Shown: piece by piece, positions 62,551 to 64,000 of the stretch
Position numbering within the stretch: the first letter of the stretch is position 1
Layout: the number at the start of each line of letters is the position of its first letter
Assembly: GCF_009914755.1 (NCBI RefSeq)
Contig: NC_060938.1
Direction: 5' to 3' (one strand)
From: the human T2T-CHM13v2.0 reference genome, Homo sapiens
DNA length: 64,000 bases
Program-made: the position numbers and the translations under genes
The notes under the pieces: generated by a model
What the model was told of the DNA's origin: nothing
Databases searched by the model: none
Seen by the model: only the letters and a program-made list of their open reading frames with translations

Positions 62551-64000
62551 CTCTCACCTCCCTGATGGAGAGGCGAAGGTGTCTGCTCAGGTTTTATGAA
62601 GAAAATGAATTCTAGGGTATGTCTCAAATATAAGTCTTCTTATTCACACATCTCAGTAATTCAGACCAAAATAAATAAAGAAATGCAGAAATCAATCTCT
62701 ACTGGGTTTCAGTAATAAACCTTTACAGCTAGAGAAGCATCATATTTTATTGGATGATTTGGGATGGGCAGTTGAATGATCTACAGGATCTCTGTATGTG
62801 ACTTGACAGATTTCATATTTCAGTTCCTCAGGAATGTTCACCTGTAAAACAAGAATAATTATTCAGGCTCTCTATATATTATAATGAAAGATGATAAAGA
62901 CTGATGAAATATGGATGCGTAGAATGAAGAATTCAGAATCAATGTACTCCCCATTTCATAGACGTGCTATTAGTAACGATAGAATTGTCCTCAAATAGTT
63001 TCCCTGTTCAGTTGTGCATTTAATTAGGGGTCTTTTTTTTTTCTTCATTTGACCAACATGTACTAGGCATCTACTTAATAATACTGTGAGGAATAAAAAG
63101 AAGAGCAAGTTCGCCTTAAATTGGGAGTATCAAAAATAAACTGTGTAATGAAATATTTTCCTTGAATTTTTTTTCAAAGCTGCCAAAGTTGGAAGTAAAG
63201 GCCTTATTGTATCTACACGAAGCCAAACATCAATGAAAAATGGGAAAGTTCAAGCAGAAATACAGATGTTTGAAAGCATCTGGATGTTTGGTATCTTGTA
63301 GGTTTACCATATGGATCTCCTTATAAAGTTCTTCTGTTTTATTTCAGACTTTCAAAACCAATTTGAAGTTACATTTACATTTTTGTGTTTTATAGACAAG
63401 CCATTTTATGAACATACCTTTGTTACTCATACAATACTAAACCTTCCTACTGGGTAGTCTTGAAGCTACTGTCACAATGTTTATAGACTCTCTGGCTATG
63501 GTTGGTAACCATTTTTAATATATTTAAAATATTCTAAGATGCAGAATTTGGCCATTGGACAAACCAGGTAAATGCTGAATGGGCTTACATATGCACAAAG
63601 CAACTAAGGGTCAGAGAACCAGCTTCCTGGATGGAGAATTCAGAGCAACCAACGTCTTCTTTATTAACTGGGCAAAAGAAGCTGCCAAAGGTGTGACGTA
63701 AAGCTGATATCTCTAATATGTTAGTAAAAAAAAATCATTGTTTGCTATGAACCTAATCCCATGCTTAATAATTCCCTTCTAAGATGACTCCAGGCCAATA
63801 AAGGGAGAGGGAAATGATAAGGGAACTGTGTGAGGCCAGACGGCAGGTGTATTTTAAAGGCCTAACTGTGACCTGTGGGCTTTAAAGGCTGGTGAGAGCC
63901 TTTTGCAACCCGTGTACCCAGCCTGCAGAGGCAGACGTACAGCCACGGTAGTTCCCCTCCATCCCCCGGGGCAATGCAGAACCAGGTGTGGTTGCCTGCT

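Overview
Primate, most likely human, genomic DNA: AT-rich, CpG-depleted and dense in Alu, MIR, L2, L1M and MaLR repeats. The only protein-coding sequence I can support is one 90-nt spliced exon on the + strand (43461-43550). It encodes [30 protein letters not shown], part of the PAS-A domain of an NPAS1/NPAS3-type bHLH-PAS factor. The very long AT-rich flanking introns (>43 kb upstream, >20 kb downstream) point to NPAS3, probably exon 5 (from memory). Everything else appears intronic, and the supplied ORFs look like chance or repeat-derived frames. I cannot claim a new biological system. The best leads are regulatory: (1) a candidate AmnSINE1/Deu-SINE relic at ~3.5 kb, from a family known to be exapted as brain enhancers; (2) a repeat-free block at 48.7-49.7 kb with a perfect NFI palindrome, a PBX-HOX site and two octamers; (3) a candidate poison exon at 22295-22390; (4) inverted Alus around the symmetric coding exon; (5) several hairpin, duplication and non-B DNA signatures. 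Repeat boundaries and subfamilies were called by eye from remembered consensus sequences and are approximate.
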